A stretch of 64,000 nucleotides of DNA from the human T2T-CHM13v2.0 reference genome, Homo sapiens. The position numbers and the translations under genes were made by a program. Below the pieces are notes generated by a model. That model saw only the letters and a program-made list of their open reading frames with translations, ran no database searches and had not been told where the DNA came from. Every line of letters begins with the position of its first letter. The stretch's first letter is position 1. Below are positions 31,530 to 50,488 of this stretch, one piece after another. The stretch lies in the NCBI RefSeq assembly GCF_009914755.1, contig NC_060930.1; one strand, given 5' to 3'.

Positions 31530-33132
31530 TCTTTTTTTTTTTCAGTAAGAACACAAGGTGAGATCTATCTTAACAAATTGTTCAGTGTACACTGCAGTAT
31601 TGTTGACTATAGGTGCAATATTGTACCACAAATCTCTAGAGCTTATTCACCTGACTTCACTGAAACTTTATGCCTATTGATTAGTAACTCCCCACTCCCC
31701 TCAGCCCCTGGCCACCATCATTTCACTCTTTGGTTCTATGAAGTTGACTATTTTAAATATCCCACATAAATTGAATCCTGCCATATTAGTCTTTCTGTTA
31801 ATAGTTTATTTCACTTAGCGTAATGTCCTTAAGATTTATCCATGTTGTTGAATAATTGCAGAATTTCCTTCTTTTTAAAAGCTAAATAGTATTCCATTGT
31901 ATGTGTATATACATTTTCTTTATTCATTTCTCCGCCGATGGACGCTTAGATTGTTTGTGTATCTTGGATATTGTGAATAATGCGGCAATGAACCTGCAAA
32001 TGCTAATACCTCTTTGGGATCCTGATTTCAATTTTTTTGGATAAATATCCAGAAATAGGGTTGCTAGGTCACATGGCAGTTCTATTTTTACATTTTTTAG
32101 GAACACCCATACTGTTTTCCTTAGTGGCTGCACCATTTTGCATTCCCATCAACAGTATGCAAGGGTTCCAATTTGTCCACTTCTTCACCAATATTTGTTG
32201 TGTTTTGGTTCTTCAATGATAGCCATCCTGACAGGTGAGAGTTGATATCTCACGGTGGTTTTGATTTGCATTGCCCTGATGATCAGTGATGATGAGCACC
32301 TTTTATCCTCTGGGAGCCTCCCATTTCCTCTCATTGATGAGAATTTGCCCATGAGAGGTTAATATCCCTATACTCTCGCAATGTGTCAACTAGCTTCTTT
32401 CATTGCTGTTCAAGATGCCAGAGCCCATGCTATTCAGATCCTTGGCCCATTTGTAAAAATTGGGTTTTTTTTTTTTTTGCTATTGAGTTATGAATTCCTT
32501 ACATATTTTAGATGTCAACCCTTATCACATACATCGCTTGCAAATACTTTCTCCCATTTCATAGGTTTTCTTTTCACTCTGTTGATTGTTGCCTTTGCTG
32601 TGAGAAGCTTTGTGATTTGATGTAACTTTGCTTATTTTTGTTTTTGTTGCCTGTGTTTTGGGGGTCATATCCATGAAATCATTGACAAGACCAATGTCAA
32701 AGAGCTTTTCGCCTATGTTTTCTTCTAGGAGTTTTACAGCTTCAGATTTTATGTTTAAATCTTTAATCCATTTTGAGTTGGGTTTTGTATGTGATGTAAG
32801 ATAAAAGTCCAGTTTCCCCCTTTTGCACATGGATATCTGATTTTCTCAATACCATGTGTTGAAGAGACTATCCTTTCCCCATTATGTATTCTTGGCACCA
32901 TTGTTGAAGATCAGTTGACAATATACATGTGAATCTATTTCTGGACTCTCTATTCTGTTCCATTCACATATATGTCTATCTGTTGGCCAGTAACATACTG
33001 TTTTGATTACTGTAGTTTTGTTATACATTCTGAAATCAAGCAATGTGATGCCTCTATCTTTGTTCTTCTTTCTCAAGATTGATATGGCTATTCATGGTCT
33101 TTTGTGGTTTCATATGGACTGTAGAATTGTTT
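31530..33132 (-). mobile_element. L1MA-type 3' portion
   Basis: poly-T start; ORF2 remnants ([18 protein letters not shown]) on -. Confidence 0.9.
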
Positions 33133-33480
33133 TGTCCCTGTCTTCAGATGACATCATCTCATATATAGAACGCCCTAAGACTCCATTTTTTAAACATGTT
33201 AGAACTAATAAAGGAATTCAATAAAGTTGCATAATACAAAATCAACATACAAAAATCAGTTGCGATTTCTATACATTAACACAGAACTATCTAAAAAGGA
33301 AATTAGCGAAACAATCCCATATATAATAGCACCCAAAATAATAAAATACTTGGGAATAAACTTAACTAAGGAGGTGAAAGACTTGTATACTGAAAACTAC
33401 AAAATACTGATGAAATAAATTAAAGAAGACACAAACAAATGGAAAGACATTTCATTCCTGGGCTGTAAGACTTAATATTG
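33133..33480 (+). mobile_element. Inverted L1 ORF2 RT segment (5' inversion of the preceding L1)
   Basis: SLSSDDIISYIERPK (LFADDMILY motif)...KYLGINLTKEVKDLYTENYK on +. Confidence 0.85.
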
Positions 33481-34291
33481 CTATTCTCCTTTTATAGAAA
33501 AATAAACAAACTCAAGTATGCAGAGTTAAGTTAATCATAATCTTTGATTCATTATACATCATCATCAGTCCACACATATCCCTCTTTTATTTCATTTCAT
33601 TTTGAAAATAATAAAAGGAACACCCCATGTACCCATTATCCTAACCAAGAACTAGAATATTACTCATCAGTCACAAATCTTGTATGCTTCCCCACATTTT
33701 CTCAGCACCACCTACGTCTTAGACCTCAGCCATTTGCCTTGCCTTAGCCCCAGCCTGTGCCTGACCAACTCACCTAGGCTACCAAGTTCCCTTCTAGGCT
33801 GATTAGAGTTGGTTATCCCCTTGACTGTCAACTCTGCAGCTGGGCCAACCATACACACCCAGAGTTCCTAGTTCCTCCTGCCCTTTATGGACTCTGACAA
33901 AAGGCCACACTGCAGGGCATAGGCTTGGCATCTTGAACAGCAACAAAAGAAGGTAACACATTGTGAAAGTATAGGGACATTAACTTCTCATGGAAAAATT
34001 CTCACTATTAGGAGACAGGAAATGGGAGGCTCCCAGAGGATAAATTTCTTCTTCCCTTCCTCTCGTCTCTGGACTATACCTTACAGCTTTCCAGAGAAGT
34101 TTCACTGAGTGGGACACAATTGCCTAGTGCCCCGTTGTGTCTCTGTTTGGCTCATTTTGAAGTGATAGTCAGCAAGGCTGTGCATCATTTTGTGTATTAG
34201 TTTGTTGGGGCTGCCATAACAAAATACCACAGACTGGGTAGCTTAAACAACAGAAATGTGTCTTCTCACAGCTCTGCAGGTGGAAGTCTGA

Positions 34292-34639
<348 letters not shown>

Positions 34640-34748
34640 TAGCTGGTTTTCTTCTCCCCGACTTCACATGGTCTTTCCTCCATGTGCATACATATCTGTG
34701 TCCACATGTCCTTGATTGAGCCCACCATAATGACTGCATTTTAACTGA

Positions 34749-35049
<301 letters not shown>

Positions 35050-35401
35050 TGAATCACTTCTTTAAAGACCGAATCTCCAAATACAGTTACATTCTGAGGT
35101 ACTGGGGTTAGGACTTCAATATGTGAATTTGGAGAGAACGTAATTTAGTTCATGCCATTTTGTGTCACTTTGTGTCTTCTTTTGCTTCCCTTCTCTTTTT
35201 TCTCACCTCGCCTTGGGCTTGTATCTTCCAAATAAAACACCAATAGTTTCATCCTTGACACCAGCTCTGTAGAGATTTGGGCTAATGCAACTCTCTGTCA
35301 CATACCTGTAGCTTCCTTCCTTTCCCACAATCTTGCTGCCCCGTCACAGGTAACCAACATCCTAAACTTGGTCTTTTCACATAAGTGTTGTGTCTAAATT
35401 A

Positions 35402-35749
<348 letters not shown>

Positions 35750-35913
35750 TTATATGTTGTCTTCTGATGCTTTTTCCCACTCAGCACTATATTAATAAAA
35801 TCCATCTCTTTGATATGAATAGCTGTAATTTATTCATTTTTACTTGCTGCAGAATATTCCATGGTAAGAATATACCACATGTAAACCTTTTTTTGCCAAC
35901 AGACATTGGGCTG

Positions 35914-36812
<899 letters not shown>

Positions 36813-37463
36813 TAACCTCATACACATAATATACCAGATCCCACTGATCGTTCTAGGATATCCTCCAAGTATTTTCTAATCATTTCAGTTTTGCCAGTCA
36901 GGTAGAGAGCAGCATCTCCCTGTGATTTTGACTTCACTTTCCCTGCTCGCTAGTGAAAATCGCTTCACATGCATATGGACCATCTGATTCTCTTTTGCAA
37001 AATGCCTTTTCGCTCGTTTTTGTGTTGATTTGTCATTCTCTTGCCAATTTGTAATAATTATATGTATATATTCTTACTGCTAACCCTTAGGACTTTTTAA
37101 TCTTCTCCCAATTTGTAACTTTTTAAAAATTTTCTTTAAGGTGTCCTATGATGAGGAAAAGTTCTAAGCTTTAGCGTAGCTGAATTTATTAGTCTTTTCT
37201 TTTGTACTCAGCCCTTTTACTGTCTTCTATAAGAAATCTTTCCCTATCCAAGGTTACAAAAACAAATTTCAAAATGATTCATAGATCAAATAATAAATCA
37301 TAATAGAAATTAAAAATTAGTTAGAATTAAAGAGTAATGAAAATGCCATATACCAAGCCTTGCAAAACATGGCAAAATAAATGTTTTGGGGAAAATGTAG
37401 TCTTGAGTATTAATATTAGAAAAGAGTTGTAAATTAATAAGCTAAATATCCAACTTAAGAAAC

Positions 37464-38124
<661 letters not shown>

Positions 38125-39046
38125 AAGAAGTAAAAAAAAAAAAAAAAAAAAAAGAAGAATTCCAAAGGAAACAGAAGAAAATAGAAAATAAAAAGCAGAA
38201 ATCAGTGAAATTGAAAACAAAGAAACAACAGAAAGGCCCAACAAAGGGACCACTGTTCTTTCCTGAACCTTAGGAAAGCCATCAGATAACTGTCCGATTC
38301 TGTTCTTAGTCCTCTTGCCAAGTCTATTTTCCTCTCCCCACGCTGTTCACAAGAAGAGCATATAGAGAACCTGCATATATAAAGCTGTGTGGGTTGGATT
38401 CTTTGTTGCTTATACCTCCAATGGCCAAATACATTTTCTTTCGTCACAGGAACTAAAGGAAAGAGATGGTCTGAGCACAGAGAATGAATCTAGGAGAGAG
38501 GTGACTGGTTTGGGCTGCATCAGGAAAATGCGAAGGCTAAAGACCAGAGCAAGAGACCAAAATGCAGGGAGTACAGGTGGAAAAGGTCAAGTGGAACGGA
38601 GGTGCCCAGGGCAGGAGAGCAGGGCTTCCTGGCAAGCTTAGGACGCGTGCTCCCCCTGCAAGGAGAGAAGGAAAAAGTAAGAGTTTTCTTATTTGCATGC
38701 ATCAAGTATTTTCCATTGCCAAGAAGAGAATTCAATCCCATTTCCCATGTAATGAGTGAAGGGTAGTCTATGTTTCCAGTTAATTCTACAAGAGTGCTTT
38801 TGAAAAAAGTACTCCAAAGAATTGGGAAAATGATCATACAGAGCCCTGGTAACAGTCATCATCATCATCCATTGCTGTTTACAAAGGAGACTCTGTATTT
38901 AACCACCCAGGATCTCTTTATTTTAATTTGTTTTCTTTGTTGAACTGCATCATAATTGAGTATCTCCTGCTACTTGTTATCTTTTTGCAGTGCAGGATGT
39001 GTGGGGGAGCAGAATTTCCACTTGTTTTCTTTCATCAACAAAGTAG

Positions 39047-39549
<503 letters not shown>

Positions 39550-40285
39550 AGCCTTAGTATTTATAGACCTGGTTTCCTCAGGTCCAAATCCCTCTCCTTC
39601 AATCAAATGTTATACAACTGCAACTGTCCTCCACGTCGCCTCCATTTATAGAGCATTCTATGACCTTACCTCCCCACCATTAACTTTTCCCTGGCTAATT
39701 TGAAACTGCCTGTACGAGCTTTAAATGAGTTCTTTGTGGACTTCGGAAAGTGCTTACATTCTCAGCAGTTCCTGTAATCCTGTAACCAAAGAAGCGTTGT
39801 TGATGGCCAAGGCTTATTCTTCCTATAAATATGATTGAGTTCTGACACCTGGTATAATGTTTTCTTTAAAATGAGAGCCAATGTAATAAAATTCTTTATG
39901 GAATAGTCTGCAAAATGCTTTAATATATTAATAAAATTAAAACAATTTTCACAGAAAATTTTAATAATTTTTTCTAACTTCTTTTCTGATTGCACAGTTA
40001 ATTTTACCATCTAGTTACTTCAATAATATTTTCTCTGCCTACAGAGCAAATATAAGGGTAAATTATACAGACCCTGCTTTAGAAAGGCTCACAATTCAAG
40101 CTGGTCTAACACGATGAGTCAATGCTATGGAAAAACAGAAGAGACCAGTTAATTCTATTCAGAGTAAGATCAAGGAGGACCTCATATGGATGACCTTGGG
40201 ACTTACTGGGGTAACTAGACCGAGAAGGATGAGTCCATTATCAGGATTTAAGAATCCAGAACTAAGTGCTAAGTAAGGGGTTTAA

Positions 40286-40622
<337 letters not shown>

Positions 40623-41068
40623 TCACTAATTGTTAGTTTAAATTACCACCTACATGAAGTCTTATACCCTGGCTTTGTATTTTATGTTGGCTAAAGAGAA
40701 TGATTCAATAAGACTATAGGATAAAGGCACCATTAAAGGTGCTTCAGTGGCATTCTTTCATTGAGGAGAAATCTGCAGAAGGGTAGCACTTTCTAGTAAA
40801 ACATAGTACTCTAAACACGGTTAGCTTACATGTTCTTCCATTTATTTAAGTGCCTTAAAAACAAAAGGAGAAGCAAAACCCTGAAAGATCTTGGTTTAAT
40901 TCTTTTCTTCTCTAAAAGTAGGTTTCTGTTTTTTGGAGGGGATTTAATTGCTCATCTGATCTGAATGCCCATGACCAGCTCTTGTTTATCATTGGCATGG
41001 CCATGAACACAAACAATATAAAATGCCAATTTAACCAATCCACCATGCTTGTTTTTTCTTTTTTCCTA

Positions 41069-41439
41069 GGAATTAACAGTGGCAGGCCCTGGAAATAGAT
41101 GGGTAAGAGCAAATCTGTGGTCATCAACTAGGTGCACAGTCCAGTGGGTGTGTGAGATGCATGCACAGGGCAGACAGTAGAGCCTGCAACTGTGATGGAA
41201 TTAACAGGGTAGGCCCTGCAAACAGATGAGTAAAAGCAAATCTGCGGCCATCATTAGGTGCACAGTGCAGTGGGGGTGTGTGAGATGCACAGGGCAGACA
41301 GTACAGCCTGCAACTGTGATGGAATTAACAGGGTAGGCCCTGGAAGATGAGTAAAAGCAAATCTGCGGCCATCACTAGGTGCACAGTGCAGTGGGGGTGT
41401 GTGAGATGCACAGGGCAGACAGTACAGCCTGCAACTGTG
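41069..41439. repeat. Tandem repeat, 3 units of 128/124/~119 bp
   Basis: Units start ggaattaacag at 41069, 41197 and 41321. Confidence 0.95.
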
Positions 41440-42316
41440 GCTCAGGCGCAGAACAGGATTGAATTTCGCTAAAAAGACAAAGGAAGAAAAAGTATGGTCT
41501 CTGTCCTCAGGGCATTGCAACCCATTAGGCTGAATCATATGAACTGCAGATTATGCAGGTAAAATATGGCCACATATCCACACCTTCACAGGGCTCTGCC
41601 TGACACACGGAGGACACAATCACAAGAGCCAAAGCAGGGAAGGGGCAGGGAAAAAGTGGACACAACCCCACCCCAGTCCAGTGGTGCGGATCAATAAATC
41701 GAGACTTACGGCCAATCTGAAATAGATTCTATTCATGAAAGTCCTTCCAGAAACAACATTCAGGATGACGGCATCAGTGTTAGCCAAGTGTCTGAGTGGT
41801 CTGGGTGTCACATCTGTGTGTGTGCCCAAATGGATGAAATTTATGCACAACCAATAAGCCCCACAAAAGTGATTGTTATGCTGAGCCGAACAACCATTTT
41901 TTACTTCCCTTTGTCTCTCCCATAGCTTCTCTTTCCTTTTCACTTCCTGGACCTACCAAAGCCTTGGCCTTGGGTGGGGAGGCATCCAGTGACTGTCCTT
42001 TTCAGCTTCAACAATGGCAACACAATCTCTTGGCTTTGTATTTGTGTAAGAGTTCCTTTTCACGATGAGAATGTCCAAAATAGATACCATTCTACATTAT
42101 TCCTTTATTTAAAACCACAGGAAACATAGAAACGAGTTTGAGGAATACCACTTCAAGATGGGAATGGGAGGCAAAAATAATTCAGCCAACTAGGAGGTGG
42201 GCAAAATGCTCCGATTCCCTTTGTTTTCATATACGATTTCATTGAAGGAAGTGGAAGGGATTTAATAGAAAAGATATGATGATGACAAATCAAGTCAATA
42301 TTGAAAGAATACTCTA

Positions 42317-42612
<296 letters not shown>

Positions 42613-42869
42613 GTGTGTCCAATCACAGACTTTTGTCATTTCTTGAGTTCTGAATCGGCTAAAACATCCGAGTGAGTTTTCTAACAGTAAAAGCTGCATC
42701 TCTAGGCCACTGACCACACTGCAGCCCTCTGACAGTGTCACACTGGCATTATTTTGCTGCTTATGGACAAAAGAATGAGCAATTTCCTGTTGGCCAGCTC
42801 TGAATACCTTATTCACTAGAGGCTGAGATGGAGTCAGTACTGCTACTACAGGAACACGAGTCAACATCT

Positions 42870-43080
42870 CTTAAATGCTGTGTGCCAGACTATGCGAAGA
42901 AAGGGCCTTAAAAACATTATCTCATTTAATCACCATAAGCCTTCGAAGTAGATGCTAGTATTATCCCCATTTCATAGATAACTGAGGAGTGGAGAGGTCA
43001 GTCACCTGCTTCAAGTCACAGATCCCATAAGTGGCAAAGTGAGACAGCTGGATGATCCAACTTCAAAAGCTGAGCCCCCG
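42870..43080 (-). mobile_element. MIR
   Basis: attatctcatttaatc...attatccccatttcataga core. Confidence 0.75.
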
Positions 43081-44680
43081 CCTGCTTCTATCTGCTTGAT
43101 GCAAATTCCCAAAAGTCAAAGGCTTCTAAATTCGCGCTAATTCCTCAAATCCCTCCTCTTATCCTGGTGCAGCCTCAGTTGGAGTGACAGGAAGTTTAGA
43201 TATGAGTAAGAAAACGGAACCTGACACTGAGTTAAAAGGACAATTTCTTCCTTCAGAGACAATCTTACTTTATATTAAACTTCATTTCTGAAGCTCCCTG
43301 ATTCTCTAAAATAATCAAAATGTTCAGCCCAAGATATGTCAAAATGGTGAAGAAATATCTTAAAATCCAGTTTTCACCCCTCTAACAATAAAGTTAAATC
43401 CTCCCCTTTAATGGGTCTAGTCAGTGGAAGAACATTTCTCTCATTTTAATCATTTTTCTCCTGATATTTTCTCTCCTTTTAATCATTTCTTCACAAACAT
43501 CTGAATGTTTATGCTCCAGGCAAGAGGAGAGAAAATGATGAGAATATCCTTATCCCTGGGTGTGAGGAGTAATTACTCTACTGCCCTTTTAAATACCTTT
43601 GAGGTTTATTTCTTAATTTTTTTCCTCCAACTTCAGTTTCACAACTTCTTCATGAAACAAGGAGCTTGGTAAAGGAGGCCAGCAAGTAACAGGTTGGCTG
43701 TGAGCGTGACATGAATGCTCAGGCTGTAAACTGTCTTCCTCAGAGAGCAGTGACTCCAATGGTCAGTGACATGCAGGAGGAAACGCAGGATTAGGACCGA
43801 CTTTCCTTAGGTGTAGCCTCACGTTTTAATCCCTGAGGTATGTTGTAAATGGGCAGCGCATGAACAGGTGATCAACTCAGAAGACGAGCTTCATAAAGGT
43901 TGCCATAGAACTTTAGAATATGCCTATGGATGGCCAAGTCACAACCAGAATTGAGTCCTTAATCACTGACCCCATGTGTATTTCTATGGAAGGGGAGTGC
44001 AGTATGTGGCCCAAAGGTTCTGAAAAACTGTGTGTGACAGTCTCCTGGCTGTGTAGCATTTTTTGTTGCTTATAGACAAAATTTCTCTCCTCTATCCAAA
44101 TCAGTAGGCCATAGGCCATTATTTAAGACAAACTTTTGAGTATAAAAAATTTGTCTTTTACATACACAAATGCACACATATATAGGGTTTGGGACAGACT
44201 CCACACCCCTAAAACTAGAGGAAAAACAAGGCCCTCTAGCAGGTCTGAACATGATGTAATCACTTTTTCCTTTACTTATGTAAAAGGTACCCTTTGTCAA
44301 ATTAGCACACTTCTGGCAATAATTCTGGCCCCAAATAAATAGAAACTTTAAGTTGAAACTTGGCAATTGTGAAATTTCCAAATAATTAAAAGGTAAATTT
44401 TACAGTAAAGAGACTAATTTTTTTCTAATTCCATATGCTATAGGCTACAAAATATATATTTAAATTCCCTTAGGTATTACCAAATGTGTGTTGAGGTCCT
44501 CAACTGGGGTTGAGGGACCCTAACTAGGGGTTAATACATCATGCAAAATTTTCCACGTATTGGAAGAAACATCAGAAATCAGCTTTTGTGTGCTCCTTAA
44601 GCCAGTTTTAAAATAGATTTTAAAATATTCACCTTCCAGCTGATTAGCATGAAAGGTTTGAAAAATATACAAAAGCAGAG

Positions 44681-45056
44681 TGCTATGGATTGCATGTTTA
44701 TGTCCTCCCAAAATTCATCTGTTGAAACCCTAATCTCCAAAGCAATGGTATTAGGAGGCGGAGCTAATACCATAAGTGGGCCTTTGGGAAGTGAGTAGGT
44801 CCTGAGGGTGGAGCCCTCATGAATATTAGCGCCCTCACAAGAAGGGAAAGGAGAGCTTGCTTGCTTCCTTTCTCTCTCTCTGCCATGTAAGGATGCAATG
44901 GGAAGATGATGGCTATCAGCAAACCAGGGTAAGGGTGCTCACCAGGAACTCACCTTGATCTTGGACTTCCCAGCCTCCAGAACGGTGAGAAATTTCTGTC
45001 ATTTAAGCTACCCAGTGTATGGTATTTTGTTATTGCAGCCTGAGCTGATTAAGACA
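44681..45056 (+). mobile_element. MLT1A-like solo LTR, complete
   Basis: tgctatgg...taagaca; perfect TSD cagag. Confidence 0.9.
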
Positions 45057-45639
45057 CAGAGTAACTCACAAAATAAATAACATCAAGTATCACTGGCCAA
45101 GCCAATGAACAGTCATACCAAAAGTAGTTTACTTTTAAGATGTCCATCTTCCACAGAATCTCCAAGGAAGTAGCTTGCAGTAGTCTCATCCCCACGGAAA
45201 TGATGCAGTGATTTTATGCACAAGGGTAGGAGCAAAATGTGAACTAATGGTCTACAAAACTAATCTCATCTACAATAGAAGAAAACAAGTCAGGCCTACT
45301 TCTCCATACCATTCATGCCTATGGTGGCAAAAGGCAGCATGAGTCTCATGCTTTGCTGGTGACATTCAAATGTCAGACAGATTTACTTACTCGAGCTCTT
45401 TGGCGGATGAAAAGTTTTGTGTCAATACCTCAGGGTTTGCTGCAATACTAACAACCTAAAGAGGAATGTTCATGGTCTTCCAGGGAAAAAATTAAAAAAA
45501 GAAAGCCCACAAAATAGATTCTGAAATTTCAGGTTTGGTGGGGAAAGAACTGAGAGAGAAGCAGAGATAGGAAATGGACAAATATATAGACTGAAATACT
45601 ACTTAAGGAGGATACAGGATTTCTTTTAAAATACTTGTT

Positions 45640-46996
<1,357 letters not shown>

Positions 46997-47628
46997 TCAT
47001 ATGTGAACACACGTCCACAATTAAACCTGGATTACTACTGAGGCAAGCAGTTTCCATTAATTTCTAAGAAATCCATATTAAACTATTATTTATGTATGTC
47101 CATAGTAGAGGTTTACAAAGGTTTTTTTTTTTTAGCAGCAATATATTTTTCAAACACAATTCAGGAGAAAACCTCAAATAAAAAGAAAGATGAAGCTGTG
47201 GAGGGTGACTGCAAGTAGAGGAGCCAGGAACTTCTCTCGCGGGTCCTGGGACTCCAGGGAACAAAGGCTGAAAAGCACCAATCTGGTTGGCCACTGCCTA
47301 TAATGAAGACTGACTGCCGAATATTCACTTAAAGGATGGCTGTTCAATTCACAAGTGGCATTTTCCCCACAGAAAAAGAGCTCACCAGCCAGCTAAGGCC
47401 TCCAGAGTGATTTAACTCATCATCCAGTGGAACTACAGCTCTTAGAGTTCTCCCCACAATCTGGGGAGTAAGAGGAGATGTTGCCACCCACTTCCTGGGC
47501 ATAAAGCCAGCTCAAGACAAGAGTAAAACAGGCAGGGCTGGCTCGCCCCTCGTACACAGCTCCCTCCTCATCACCAGTGCCCTACACGAGACCTCCCCAG
47601 CCCACACCCCACCCTCCTAGTGTGTTGA

Positions 47629-48445
<817 letters not shown>

Positions 48446-48649
48446 TTAAAGGGAAGATGTTTCCTAACTCCAGTGATTTTCATGGGCTGAATTCCAGGCA
48501 GTTCAGCAAACTCAACAATTCCGGTGGTATGAGAAAGGGCATTTTGGAGTAGGAGATTTCGGCTCTGCCTAGGAAGATACCTCAGAAAATTCCCCTCGTG
48601 CAATTTCACTTTGCATATGCTTCTCCTGTTCTTCCATTTCTAATCCATA

Positions 48650-49867
48650 AAATCCCAAAATGCTTGGGAGGGTTTATTTTGATTTTTTTTAACAATACTG
48701 CCCTGCTGGCAACAGCCACGATAGTCACTTGCTCATCTGAAAATGCCTTGCACTTTCTTTTTCACTAGCTTCGTGTATGACGCAAAACAGAAATATTTCA
48801 ATTACAGGTGACTAAGAGTAAGAAAAATATACAACTATATTTAAAATACTTAAATTAACAAGATAGTACTTTTCCATTCTAACAAAATATCATACATTCA
48901 GTTTAAACAAGAGTTAATATCCAGACACACGTTTTCAAAATACCTGATGCTAGTTGAAAATTAGTGACCATGAGGCTTTCCAAGATATTTCTAATTAGCA
49001 AACTGTGTACAATTTTGACGAAGTGTACACACCGTGCTGGAAGACAGACACTGAACAGGTCAAAATGCAAACTCATGTATCTTTCATCAACCTAAATCTT
49101 GTTGCTTCACTTTTCTAAATGATACTTTGGCTGTCAGCGAATCTTATAGCTTCTTTTCCCTTAAAGACAATAATATATAACAACACCACCCCACACAAAT
49201 AACCATAAACTTCTTTGTGTGAAATAAGCCCTATCAAAATGTGTTCATGTATTTCTGTACCAACTGATCTATACTGAGACTGTCATGAAAAAGGTATCAA
49301 ACAAGTGTAACAGGCCTACACTTAAACCTCTGCCTCAAAGGAGAAATCAGATACTTGCCACGTTATTGCAAAGTCAAAGCTGCTACACTTAAAATATGGT
49401 AGATAGTTTAGAAAAATCAAATCAAAAATGTTTTCTCACTGGCTTTTTCAGATAAAGAAGTTGGACCACAAACCAACACATCTGTGTGAAAACAGCCACC
49501 AATTTGAGTCCCCCCAGCCCCTCAAAAAGGAACAATGCCACCAGTCCCTCACAATGACCATAACGTCTCTGGCCAGGACTGCGATTTCTAGCGCGTGTCT
49601 TCACATTCTATCTCTGGGGAAGCAAGACAAACAGGCTCTACCCATTTCCCTCCTTTTGTCTCCACAAGCCAGCACCTAAGATCCTCTGAATTTGTTCCCA
49701 TCCAATCCTGCAAACTTCCAAGAAGGGCAGTAGATAACTTTTCAAAAGAAAAAGAAATTGCATAAGGTCCCTACATAATACTGAGGCTGAAACGAGAAGA
49801 GGCTGTCCACTGTAAAAGCAAGGCACTTGGGGCAGGAGCCAGGCAGGTGGCCTGAGCAGGGTCCCTC
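48650..49867 (-). other. CNKSR3: CNKSR3 proximal 3'UTR (~1.2 kb, repeat-free)
   Basis: Unique AT-rich sequence between the stop codon and the AATAAA at 48673-48678; 3' end approximate. Confidence 0.7.
48673..48678 (-). terminator. CNKSR3: Proximal polyadenylation signal AATAAA
   Basis: tttatt on +; followed on - by U/GU-rich ttttgggattttatgg. Confidence 0.6.
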
Positions 49868-50191
<324 letters not shown>

Positions 50192-50202
50192 TCACAATCC
50201 CA

Positions 50203-50488
50203 GCCGGGCGTGGTGGCTCACACCTGTAATCTCCGCACTTTGGGAGGTCGAGGTGGGTGGATCACGAGGTCAAGAGATCTAGACCATCCTGGCCAACATG
50301 GTGAAACCCCGTCTCTACTGAAAATACAAAAATTAGCTGGCGTGGTGGCGGGCGCCTGTAGTCCCAGCTACTCAGAGAAACGTTTGAACCCGAGAGGCGG
50401 AGGTTGCAGTGAGCCAAGATCGCGCCACTGCACTCCAGGCTGGTGACAGAGCGAGACTCTGTCCCCTCCAGGAAAAAAAAAAAAAAAA
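50203..50488 (+). mobile_element. AluSc-like, 36 nt from the CNKSR3 terminal-exon acceptor
   Basis: TSD aa(g/a)tcacaatccc. Confidence 0.95.

Noticed and set aside
32525-33418. Reverse-transcriptase-like ORF fragments as an active retroelement
   Set aside because: Truncated, stop- and frameshift-ridden L1 ORF2 fossils
41069-41439. Tandem repeat as a CRISPR-like array
   Set aside because: Primate DNA; whole units are duplicated with no unique spacers, and there are no cas genes
44231-44242. CTCF-like CTGCTAGAGGGC on -
   Set aside because: Partial motif with a poor 3' flank; expected by chance in 64 kb without ChIP support
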